Made by a program: the position numbers and the translations under genes
The notes under the pieces: generated by a model
Told to the model about the DNA's origin: nothing
What the model saw: the letters and a program-made list of their open reading frames with translations, nothing else
Databases searched by the model: none
Source of the DNA: Bdellovibrionota bacterium
GTDB lineage: Bacteria; Bdellovibrionota_C; UBA2361; OMII01
Reading direction: 5' to 3'
Length of the DNA stretch: 64,000 bases
Assembly (NCBI GenBank): GCA_044337105.1
Contig: JBIIOE010000004.1
Span: forward strand, 3,172-67,171
In this document: positions 37,689 to 46,587 of the stretch, piece by piece
Layout of the letters: the number at the start of each line of letters is the position of its first letter
How positions within the stretch are numbered: the stretch's first letter is position 1

Positions 37689-38471
37689 ATGACAATGTTC
37701 GATAATCCTCAGTTGGATCAGCTCGTAAATGCCGTGACAACAGCAGGTGATGTGCTTCTCACGTACTGGCCGGGACGTCAGTCAGAGCGACTCTCGGCCG
37801 AGATTACCGAAAAGCCCGATGGGTCACTCGTCTCAACCGCAGACATGAAGTCAAACGAACTACTCTCTGCAGAGCTCGCCAAACTATTTCCCGATGATCT
37901 TTTGTTTTCCGAGGAGACTGCAATTGATCCGGAGCGAGTGAAGCGATCACAGAGAACGTGGATCATCGATCCGCTCGACGGCACCGCAGCCTTTCTTGCA
38001 GGGAGAGACGACTTCGCGATCCTTGTTGGGCTGTGTGAGTCATATCGTCCCACGGTGGGGATGATGTATTTTCCTGCACGAAAAGAGTTTGTGAGTGCAC
38101 GCGAGGGTAGGGGGGCTATTCGTAACGGTGCTCCTGTGTGTGTCTCAGCGACTCCGCGCTGTCGTAGTGGAGGCGTATATATTCGAAACTTCGAATGCGT
38201 GAGACCCGAACTTGCATCTCCCCCGATGGATTCGAGTCTAGCGCTGCTCAAGGTTGCGTGTGGAGAGCTCGATGCGGCAGTGATTCGTATGACGACCCAT
38301 CGAGAGTGGGATATCGCGGCCCCTATCGCTGTCATTCGAGAGGCTGGCGGGATGATAACTGATGAAACAGGGGTCGAGATCCAGTGTGGCCTGGGGGGCG
38401 TGTCGTTTACATATTTCGTCGCATCGAACGGTTGTGTGCATCAGGAGATCCTGAAGCTTATCAATAGCTAA
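37689..38471 (+). CDS. Inositol monophosphatase / CysQ-family phosphatase (second paralogue in the window)
   Basis: FSEET and WIIDPLDGTAAFL are the family motifs. ATG 37689 is preceded by GGGGAGGAG. Confidence 0.75.
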   Translation: MTMFDNPQLDQLVNAVTTAGDVLLTYWPGRQSERLSAEITEKPDGSLVSTADMKSNELLSAELAKLFPDDLLFSEETAIDPERVKRSQRTWIIDPLDGTAAFLAGRDDFAILVGLCESYRPTVGMMYFPARKEFVSAREGRGAIRNGAPVCVSATPRCRSGGVYIRNFECVRPELASPPMDSSLALLKVACGELDAAVIRMTTHREWDIAAPIAVIREAGGMITDETGVEIQCGLGGVSFTYFVASNGCVHQEILKLINS

Positions 38472-38634
38472 TGTCAGGAAGTAACGTGGCAGGGGTAGGA
38501 TCGAGGTACCAAGACCTCGCCGCTCAGCGATCGTTGTAGAGAGATCTGCTGAGTTCTCTCATGTTCCAACAAGTTCTTGTCGATACAACAACTGACTATT
38601 GAAGTTGGCTCTAGCAACGAGACCGAACACTGAT

Positions 38635-39570
38635 ATGAAGTATACAGAAGAACAGAAACAGCTCATCACGGCAGCTCGGCTCGGAGACATCGACACGCTC
38701 CAGGCGTTGCATGAGCGCGGGTATCCTATCGATTGTGAACTGAAGTACGGATCGAGCGCCCTCATGATCGCCGCTTCGAGAGGTCACGAGCAGGTCGTTC
38801 GCCTGCTAGCTGCACATGGTGCAAAGGTGAATCGCCGGAACAAGTTTGGTGCTACAGCGCTCTTGGAGGCGTGCGAGAAGGGACACGTTGAGGTCATTCG
38901 AGCGCTGGTTGAGCTCGGTGCAGATATCAATATGCCTCACAATAACGGAAACACGGTGTTGCTTTCCGCGACATCTCGGCGGGACATCAAGGTCATACGA
39001 GTGCTGCTCGATCTTGGAGCGAACCCGGATGTTGTAAATTTTGATGGGTGGAATGCTCGTCGGTGGGCAGAGTCAGAGGCTAATCCGGCACTTATGGAGG
39101 TGTTCGGTATCGCAAAGAGAGACTCGAAGGATAAGACTGTGTCTGAGGACCAGGGCGAATTCCCCGGTGTGGTAGGGCAAGAGGGGGTCCCCGAAACGAA
39201 AACTACTGTAGTAGTAGCGAACGACGCCTTCTGGATAGCCCTTATGAGGGCGGCATCGGTTGGTGATGTAGAAACGGTCCGACGCCTCGCCGAAGATGGG
39301 GTGGAGGTGAATGGACAGAGCCCCAATGGCACAACCCCGCTCATAGCTGCGGTGAAGAACGGACAGGCACAGACAGCGTTCGAACTATTAGAGCTTGGAG
39401 CAGACCTCTCTCTCACTGATGCCGAAGGGCTCGACGCGATCGCCTGGGCTCAAAAGAAGGGGCAAGCGCTGATCGTCGAGGGCTTGAAGGAGAGGGGTAT
39501 TCTCTGGGATCCAAAACCTGAGGAGACCACGACTCCGTGTAGTAGCTCAGCACAGATCTCCAGACGCTGA
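38635..39570 (+). CDS. Ankyrin-repeat protein (two ANK blocks separated by a linker)
   Basis: Repeated G-x-TALL/PLI-x-A-x-x-GH-x-x-V/A-x-x-LL-x-x-GA-D/N units are present, for example GSSALMIAASRGHEQVVRLLAAHGAKVN. Confidence 0.85.
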   Translation: MKYTEEQKQLITAARLGDIDTLQALHERGYPIDCELKYGSSALMIAASRGHEQVVRLLAAHGAKVNRRNKFGATALLEACEKGHVEVIRALVELGADINMPHNNGNTVLLSATSRRDIKVIRVLLDLGANPDVVNFDGWNARRWAESEANPALMEVFGIAKRDSKDKTVSEDQGEFPGVVGQEGVPETKTTVVVANDAFWIALMRAASVGDVETVRRLAEDGVEVNGQSPNGTTPLIAAVKNGQAQTAFELLELGADLSLTDAEGLDAIAWAQKKGQALIVEGLKERGILWDPKPEETTTPCSSSAQISRR

Positions 39571-39656
39571 GCGTGTCGCTACGAACGATTTGAACGACCC
39601 GGCAAACCACGCTAGAGTGCTCGCTGCGAGTACATGAGTAGGAGGCTCGGCTTGGT

Positions 39657-40313
39657 ATGGAGTTCATCACCTGGTTCATCGATTTCTTCGTTCACATCGA
39701 CAAGCATTTGGAGGAATTGGTCCGAACGTACGGAGTCGCGACTTATGTGCTCTTGTTCGTCATCGTGTTTTGCGAAACCGGCCTGGTCATTACGCCTTTC
39801 TTGCCAGGTGACTCCTTACTCTTCGCAGCAGGCGCAATCGCTTCCAAGGGAAGCCTGGATGTAAATCTGATGGCGTTACTGCTCTTCATTGCAGCGGTCA
39901 TTGGAGATGCTGTCAATTACGCTGTGGGGCGGTTCATCGGACCCAAGGTATTTGAGCGCAAGAATTCGCGCATTTTCAAGCAGGAGTATCTTACCCGAAC
40001 ACACAAGTTCTTCGAAAAATATGGGGCAAAAGCGATCATCTTCGCCCGCTTTGTCCCGATAGTTCGCACCTTCGCACCATTTCTGGCTGGTGTTGGCACC
40101 ATGTCGTATCCAAAGTTTGCGACGTACAACGTCGTAGGTGCCGTGGCGTGGGTAGGAATCTTCACATATCTCGGTTTCTTTTTCGGATCTACGCCGATCG
40201 TCGAGAAGAACTTCAAGCTCGTGATCTTGGCGATAATCGTCCTGTCGATTTTGCCGGCAGTGATTGAGGTAATCAGAGCACGGCGTGAGGCGCGCTCCGA
40301 GGTTGCTAGCTAA
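39657..40313 (+). CDS. DedA-family membrane protein
   Basis: [24 protein letters not shown] and [16 protein letters not shown] are DedA/SNARE-associated motifs. Confidence 0.85.
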   Translation: MEFITWFIDFFVHIDKHLEELVRTYGVATYVLLFVIVFCETGLVITPFLPGDSLLFAAGAIASKGSLDVNLMALLLFIAAVIGDAVNYAVGRFIGPKVFERKNSRIFKQEYLTRTHKFFEKYGAKAIIFARFVPIVRTFAPFLAGVGTMSYPKFATYNVVGAVAWVGIFTYLGFFFGSTPIVEKNFKLVILAIIVLSILPAVIEVIRARREARSEVAS

Positions 40314-40470
40314 TAGAGCGAGGCGACACAGCACGTCTGCGTTGTGTCGCCAACGCGCTAGCGAGGTTTTGTTTTCCTCCGACGCGACGTACTCACCGAC
40401 TCTCCAGAGAGTAGGCCTGTGAGTGGTGCTTTCAGGTCTCACTGCCTACACTGCAGGTGGTACATTATCT

Positions 40471-41445
40471 ATGCATCGAGATCTGTCAGCTACAGCGAGT
40501 CCTGAGGACCTTTGGGCCCCTGAGGCGAGTAGGTTGCCTAGCCAGCTTTATCTTGGGACGAGCACGTGGGCTTTCCCGGATTGGAAGGGGTTGTTGTACA
40601 AGCGACAGTACAAGAACGCGCGTGAATTCGCGGCGAAAAGTCTCGAAGAGTATGCCACAGTTCCGTGGTTCCGAACGGTGTGCATCGACAGCCTCTTCTA
40701 CAACCCACCTAAACCCGAAGTGCTCCAGCGTTATGCCGAGCAAGTGCCTGCCCATTTTCGGTGGGTATCGAAGGTCTGGGAACGTATCACCGTGTTTGCA
40801 TACCCGCCACACGCCCGATATGGCGCTCTCGCTGGCACGAAGAATCCCGATTTCCTCAATGCAGAGCTCTTTCATGATCGTATTCTCTCTGCCTACGGTG
40901 ATGCGGAAGTGCGAGCAAAAACCGGCCCGTTTGTGTTTCAATTCGCCCCTTTCTCGCCGAGAGCGTTAGATTACGACGAGTTCACCGAGCGGCTTGCGGC
41001 CTTTTTGGCCGCGCTCCCGAAAGGCTTGATGTACGCAGTTGAAGTACGCAATCCCGAGCTTCTGACACCTCGGTACTTTCAAGCTCTCAACAGTGCAGGC
41101 CCCACGCACTGCTTCAACCACTGGAACTCAATGATACCCTTGCGGGAGCAGATGCGGCTGGCGGCAGCAGCGGGTGGCTTGACCGCGGATTTTTACGTTG
41201 CAAGACTTCTCACACCGCTGGGACTGAACTATGAAGGAGCTGCGAAAGCCCTCGAGCCGTACGTCTCTGTAAAGCGACCGAGCGCCTCGATGCGGGCAGA
41301 TGTAGTGCTGCTCGCGCGCCGAGCCTTGGCGACAGGAAAGAAGGCCTTTGTTACCGCCAACAACAAAGCCGAAGGGAACGCCCCCCTTACGATGGTGACG
41401 CTGGCGAAGTTGATCGTTGAGTATAGTGAGTCGGGAGCCGTGTAA
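40471..41445 (+). CDS. DUF72-family protein
   Basis: LYLGTSTWAFPDWKGLLY is the typical DUF72 N-terminus. The length is about 320 aa. Confidence 0.7.
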   Translation: MHRDLSATASPEDLWAPEASRLPSQLYLGTSTWAFPDWKGLLYKRQYKNAREFAAKSLEEYATVPWFRTVCIDSLFYNPPKPEVLQRYAEQVPAHFRWVSKVWERITVFAYPPHARYGALAGTKNPDFLNAELFHDRILSAYGDAEVRAKTGPFVFQFAPFSPRALDYDEFTERLAAFLAALPKGLMYAVEVRNPELLTPRYFQALNSAGPTHCFNHWNSMIPLREQMRLAAAAGGLTADFYVARLLTPLGLNYEGAAKALEPYVSVKRPSASMRADVVLLARRALATGKKAFVTANNKAEGNAPLTMVTLAKLIVEYSESGAV

Positions 41446-41449
41446 TTAG

Positions 41450-42487
41450 ATGCCACATATTTTTCCATTCTCTGAATTTTGGCCATTTTACATCGTGTTT
41501 TCGGTGGGCGTACTGGCCGTGCTGTGGGCCTCACTCAAGACCTTTCATCGCAAGGCTCACGAGATATCAGTACGAGAGGCCTCCATCTCCGCGCTAAGCT
41601 GGATGTGCCTTGCGCTGCTGTTTAACGTCATTCTGTATTTCTTCACGTTGCATCGTCTCGGCAGCGTGCCTGATGTGGTGGCTACATTCGGAGCCGAGCC
41701 ATCAGTACTGGCTCAGCGGACCGCGCTGGAGTTTCTTTCGGGCTACCTCGTTGAAAAAGCACTAGCGGTGGACAATCTCTTCGTTTTCATCGTTATCTTC
41801 CGCTTCTTTTCGATTCCTCCCCACTTCCAACACCGGGTTCTTTTCTACGGACTCTTCGGTGCGTTAGCGCTTCGTGCCGTCTTCATTGCCATGGGAGCGG
41901 CCATTATGGATATCCATTGGGTCGTGATCGGCTTTGGCCTTTTCCTTATGTATCAAGGAATAGAGGTGCTGCGAGGAAAAGAGCCGGAGATCCATCCCGA
42001 AAAGAACCGCATGTTACGTTTCCTCAATCGGTATCTTCCGATATCTCAACGTTTGGAGGGCGAAAGATTCTTTATCCGCGACGCGGGCAAGTGGATGGTG
42101 ACGCCCCTTTTCATAGCTCTGATCTTCATCGAAATAACGGATATCATGTTCGCCTTCGATTCAGTGCCCGCGATCTTTGGTCTTACCAAGGAGCCGCTGA
42201 TCGTTTTCACGTCGAACATCTTCGCGGTTATCGATCTGCGAGCGCTGTACTTCTTGCTAGCGGCTTTTATCAGCCGTTTTCATTACCTCAGTGTAGGTCT
42301 CTCCTTAGTCCTTATCTTCATCGGGTCGAAGATGGCGATCCTGGATGGATTCCTCTCGTACAATCTCCCTACAGAGGTATCGCTCTTGGTTGTTCTTGGG
42401 TTGATCGGCGGCTCGATCCTGCTCTCTCTGGTCAAACCGCCTACTAAGGTTCAGGAGCAGATCGAGCCGGTGGCGAAAGCCGAGTAG
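41450..42487 (+). CDS. TerC-family integral membrane protein (Alx-like)
   Basis: YLVEKALAVDNLFVF and FAFDSVPAIFG are the TerC repeats. It starts 4 bp after the DUF72 gene. Confidence 0.85.
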   Translation: MPHIFPFSEFWPFYIVFSVGVLAVLWASLKTFHRKAHEISVREASISALSWMCLALLFNVILYFFTLHRLGSVPDVVATFGAEPSVLAQRTALEFLSGYLVEKALAVDNLFVFIVIFRFFSIPPHFQHRVLFYGLFGALALRAVFIAMGAAIMDIHWVVIGFGLFLMYQGIEVLRGKEPEIHPEKNRMLRFLNRYLPISQRLEGERFFIRDAGKWMVTPLFIALIFIEITDIMFAFDSVPAIFGLTKEPLIVFTSNIFAVIDLRALYFLLAAFISRFHYLSVGLSLVLIFIGSKMAILDGFLSYNLPTEVSLLVVLGLIGGSILLSLVKPPTKVQEQIEPVAKAE

Positions 42488-42512
42488 AACTGCCTTCTCT
42501 GCTTCTCTGTGC

Positions 42513-43892
42513 TCAGTAGTTCACCGCGTGTTTGCGTGTGTCCAGCTTGAGCTCGGCAGAAAGTGGAGCATCCATACTCTCGCCGTGCTGACTGATGTCG
42601 AGGCCAACCTCCTCTTCGCTGTAGCTTACTCGCAGCGGAATGATCGTGTGGGTGATGAGATACAGGGCGTAGGAGCCCACCGTGGTGAACGCTGCCACGA
42701 TCCCGAGAGCATAGAGGTGGTGCACGAACGTTGAGGTTTCACCGAAGATAAGGCCCACTTTGTCGGCAAAAACGGCGGTGAGGATCATCCCGACGATTCC
42801 ACCGACGCCGTGGCAAGGGAATACGTCCAGCGTATCATCGAGGGAGCTCTTTGTGCGCCAGTGAACGGCAATGTTACTGATAATGCTGGCGAAGGCCCCG
42901 ATGCACATGCTGGCACCGACCGTCACGAATCCAGCCGCAGGTGTGATAGCTACCAGCCCAACAACCGCACCGATACAGGCCCCGAGCGCGGATGGCTTGC
43001 GGCCCCTGACGCCGTCAAAGAAGATCCATGCAAGCATGGCGGCAGCCGATGCGGTGTTGGTCGTCAAAAATGCTTTCGCTGCCAAACCGTTTGCGGCAAG
43101 CGCGGATCCGGCATTGAATCCGAACCATCCAAACCACAACATACCGGTGCCCAAAAGCACGTAGGGGATATGCGCCGGTACCTGTGGAGTCTGGCGCTCA
43201 TGTGCAGCGCGCGGCCCAAGGAATAGAGCCCCAGCCAGTGCAGCAAGGCCGCCGGCCATGTGCACCACTGTCCCACCGGCGAAATCGAGAACTCCCCACT
43301 GGCGAAGAAATCCTTCGGGGTGCCAGGTCCAGTGAGCGAGAGGGCAATAGATGCAAAGCGAGAAGAGGCAGACAAACAGCATGTAGCTCGAGAACCGTAC
43401 CCGCTCAGCGAAGGCTCCAGTAATGAGAGCAGGGGTGATAATTGCGAATTTCAGTTGGAAGAGAGCGAAGAGCGCCAGAGGAATCGTCGGAGAGAGCGTG
43501 GTGTGCGGCCCCGCCCCGACGTTGCTGAACATAAAGAATGTGAGTGGGTTGCCGATAATTCCGCCCAAGGAGTCCCCGAACGCGAGGCTGAATCCAACCA
43601 CCACCCACAGGATGCTCACTATGCCCATGGAGATGAAGCTCTGCAGCATCGTAGAAAGAACGTTTCGTCGATCAACCATGCCGCCGTAGAAGAAGGACAG
43701 CCCCGGCGTCATCAAGAGCACGAGTGCGGTTGCCGTAAGCATCCAGGCTGTGTCTCCTGCGCTCAGGGAGCTCAGATCTGCTGCGTCTGATGGGGCAGGT
43801 ACGATAGCCCCTAGAATGCTTAAGGCGACAAGGGCTATCAGAGGTATGAACCAGGTTTGAGGCTTTGAGGATACTGAGCGAGCTGCTGCCAT
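42513..43892 (-). CDS. amt: Ammonium transporter (Amt family)
   Basis: DFAGGTVVHMAGG and CHGVGGIVG match the twin-His Amt signatures. About 11 TM segments. Confidence 0.9.
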   Translation of the reverse strand: MAAARSVSSKPQTWFIPLIALVALSILGAIVPAPSDAADLSSLSAGDTAWMLTATALVLLMTPGLSFFYGGMVDRRNVLSTMLQSFISMGIVSILWVVVGFSLAFGDSLGGIIGNPLTFFMFSNVGAGPHTTLSPTIPLALFALFQLKFAIITPALITGAFAERVRFSSYMLFVCLFSLCIYCPLAHWTWHPEGFLRQWGVLDFAGGTVVHMAGGLAALAGALFLGPRAAHERQTPQVPAHIPYVLLGTGMLWFGWFGFNAGSALAANGLAAKAFLTTNTASAAAMLAWIFFDGVRGRKPSALGACIGAVVGLVAITPAAGFVTVGASMCIGAFASIISNIAVHWRTKSSLDDTLDVFPCHGVGGIVGMILTAVFADKVGLIFGETSTFVHHLYALGIVAAFTTVGSYALYLITHTIIPLRVSYSEEEVGLDISQHGESMDAPLSAELKLDTRKHAVNY

Positions 43893-44084
43893 GTTGTCTT
43901 GTTTTAAGGTTAATTTGTGCGTTGTTGAGGTTAATTATCGCGTCAGTAAGCTTAAATGTTTAGTTGTTAAGCTTAAATATGCGTTTCTGTGTTTTGGCAG
44001 GAATCTTCGCGCATGGCAAGAATAAGGTCGTTGGGCCCGTATAAGTCTTCAAACTTCTTTAAGAAATAGGAGTCTTGCTAAGCG

Positions 44085-45299
44085 CTATCGAGAGGTCACG
44101 TATTGCCTGAGGGCCTTGGCGACCTCGAATTTGTACAGGTGAGGGACCGCACTATTTATTAGGATCGAGAAGCGCGCCTTCTCTGAGGGCGATACATCGA
44201 AATATCCAGCAAGGGTATTAACTCCTCGTAGAGTTCCGGTTTTCGCCTGGAAGCCACTCTCGATAGGCAGGAGGTCCCTGTATTGTTCGAAGCGCTCTAA
44301 GAGCTGATTCATCAGGCGCGTACTGACCTGATTGCGTCTCGAGAGCCCGGCACCCTCCTCGACATGAAACGAGCGCCACTTCGCCTTGGACTCTAAGCAC
44401 TCGGTGACAGCCTTTTGCGCCTTTTCGGCGGTGGCGGGAGCGCCGTATTTCTGTGCACCGAGCACGAGAAAAACCTGATTCGCAGTGAAGTTGGTCGAAT
44501 ACTTCAGCATCCCACGTACGATTTCAGCGAGGTTTTGCGTAGATCGATAGCTCAGGAGCGTGCGTGCATTCGGAGGGACCGTGCCGACCTCGATCTTCAT
44601 CGCACCTGAAGCCCCAGCTTGCCGAAGAAACGCGGCGAGCAGCTCCCCGCCGTATAGCGCGCCGGTGCGCCAGTCAGAGCCTAGGTTGATCCGTTCGGTC
44701 TTTCCTTTCGCGAGCCGTTGGCCTGCCTTGAGAGCCAGCGGTGTCAGGGGTGTTTGGGGTTCAGCGCTCACGATGCTGCCGTCGCGGCGCCGCGTAATGT
44801 GCGCGCTACTGAAATTGCCTACAAAAGCTGCGTTGCGAGCGTCGTAAGGGTTTAACGACTGACTGTAGCCGTCGAGTGTAATGTCATGCGCAAAATAGGA
44901 CGTGTCTATGACGATTCTATCGACTCTGCTGATACGAGTCGCCAGCTGCTGACCAATAACGGCTAGTTCCTCTGACACGAGGGAGGGATCTCCGGACCCC
45001 CGAACGAACAAGACACCTTTTTCCCCCTTGAGGAACTCCGTCGTGAAGTGAAATTCCCGACCAAGTTCCTCCAGCGTACAAAAAGCTGTCGCCACCTTCA
45101 TCGTCGACGCAGGTATAAACAGCTCTTCGTCACGGTGTTGAACGAGGACCTTTCCGCTCTCAGTCTCCACACGAACCGATCCGTTTTTGACCAACTGGGA
45201 CAAGTTAAGAGGTGTCGCAGTTGCATACGAGGTCACGGCAACCAGCAGCGCAAGAGAGACCAAGGCACAGAACGTTCGCATCTCTTGATAGGACCACAA
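44085..45299 (-). CDS. dacB: D-alanyl-D-alanine carboxypeptidase/endopeptidase (PBP4, peptidase S13)
   Basis: SxxK is PASTMKV and KTG is AKTGTLRGVNTLAGY. There is an N-terminal signal peptide. Confidence 0.8.
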   Translation of the reverse strand: MWSYQEMRTFCALVSLALLVAVTSYATATPLNLSQLVKNGSVRVETESGKVLVQHRDEELFIPASTMKVATAFCTLEELGREFHFTTEFLKGEKGVLFVRGSGDPSLVSEELAVIGQQLATRISRVDRIVIDTSYFAHDITLDGYSQSLNPYDARNAAFVGNFSSAHITRRRDGSIVSAEPQTPLTPLALKAGQRLAKGKTERINLGSDWRTGALYGGELLAAFLRQAGASGAMKIEVGTVPPNARTLLSYRSTQNLAEIVRGMLKYSTNFTANQVFLVLGAQKYGAPATAEKAQKAVTECLESKAKWRSFHVEEGAGLSRRNQVSTRLMNQLLERFEQYRDLLPIESGFQAKTGTLRGVNTLAGYFDVSPSEKARFSILINSAVPHLYKFEVAKALRQYVTSR

Positions 45300-45370
45300 A
45301 GCATAAGAGGAGGAAAGGGTGCCGCCCCATCGAGTGGCGCGATAATGTTAGGGTGCCTCGTTCGTAAGAT

Positions 45371-45549
45371 CCTAGGGAAGCGCGGCAAAACCTACCCCAT
45401 AGTCTCACTTTTGAAATAACCACGTGAACGTGCTCGTGCTCGTAAACGTACCCGAAAAACTCGAGGTTTTTGTTTCGGGTACGTTTACGTTCACGTTCAC
45501 GAGCACGTTCACGTGCGAGGAAACATAGGTTTTGCCTCGCTTCCCTAGG
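45371..45549. repeat. Palindromic MITE-like element, copy 1 (179 bp)
   Basis: The 22-nt terminal inverted repeats are CCTAGGGAAGCGNGGCAAAACC. The roughly 40-bp internal arms are built of CGTGAA/TTCACG hexamer units around a central AACTCGAGGTT. The reverse complement matches 54938-55110. Confidence 0.9.
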
Positions 45550-45896
45550 AGGGACGGCGTCCCCGCCGTCCGCGAGGAGCATGCATGGGATTAACGTTCG
45601 AATTGACGTGAACGGTGCATTGACGCATCGCCGATTGGATCGATTGTTCGAATATCTGCGGACGGCGAGGGGTATGCATGATAATAACCGTGTCTTGAAT
45701 GCAGGTGATGATTCGTATCCAAAACGAAAGTCGCCCCGCGCCAAAGGGCAGAACACCACGGATAGAACCAAGGTAGAAGCGACCGAAACGAGCAGAATGT
45801 GACAGGGACAAACAGCTCGGGGTTCTTACATCTCTTTGACTAAGAACGAGGACATACCTACCCTGTATGGGATAGCAGTAATCTCGGAGCGCTCCT

Positions 45897-46313
45897 ATGA
45901 ACATGTTCAATAAGCAGGCAGACCGAACAAGCCCCTTTACAGCTTTAGTCGGGCCTCTCCTGACCGTTATTTTAGGGAGCTCTGCTGGGTGCAATCAACA
46001 GCGTGATGACCAGCTTGTAACTCCAGCACCAGTAAATAAGCCTGAGCGCGACCGCAATGCATCTGATTTGGTCGAGAAGGTCCGGGATGTCTTCGAGGCA
46101 GCCACTCCTGAAGACAAGCAGGATACAGAGCAGCTGGTTCGCGATTGCATTCAGCTCGCAAGCGACAGCGATAAGCGAAGATACCGTGATGCCTTATCCG
46201 AGGAGCTTGCAAATCATACGCAGAAATTTGGTGCGGGTTCGACCGCTTCGGAAGAGATAGCAGATCCGAAGATTCTCCTTCTCCAGGATCTCATGAGTCT
46301 TTGCGCTGATTGA
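45897..46313 (+). CDS. Hypothetical lipoprotein
   Basis: The signal peptide ends in a lipobox-like LGSSAGC. No other recognisable domain. Confidence 0.5.
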   Translation: MNMFNKQADRTSPFTALVGPLLTVILGSSAGCNQQRDDQLVTPAPVNKPERDRNASDLVEKVRDVFEAATPEDKQDTEQLVRDCIQLASDSDKRRYRDALSEELANHTQKFGAGSTASEEIADPKILLLQDLMSLCAD

Positions 46314-46587
46314 GAGGCCACACCGGATAGCCGGAGTAACGCGTAGTGCCTCTAACAATGGGCCCCTGGACCAAGGTGACTCTCCTTGGTTCATACGAAT
46401 CGACTTCATATAATACGTCTGCATAGTGAGGGCGCTGGCGAAAGAAGCCCCGCACCACAGGAGCACCCGCTGGAGTAGCATAAGGCTCTTCACACCCCCT
46501 CGTGTCCCCTCTCTCCTTGTAGTTGGATCTGCGCAGCAAGTGCGAGACCTCGGATGTAAACGCCGAGGCGCCCGTTGAGGGTAGATT

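Noticed and set aside
43995-44010. Sigma-54-like TGGCAG-N5-TTCGC upstream of amt
   Set aside because: It is on the plus strand, whereas amt is transcribed on the minus strand. The -12 element is imperfect (TTCGC versus TTGCA).
45205-45771. 188-aa minus-strand ORF, and the 71-aa ORF at 54926-55141, sharing ERARERER...HVHVVISKVRLWGRFCRASL
   Set aside because: The shared peptide is simply the translation of the two copies of the palindromic repeat; the hexamer periodicity keeps a frame open. The flanks are unrelated, and the first ORF overlaps the dacB start.
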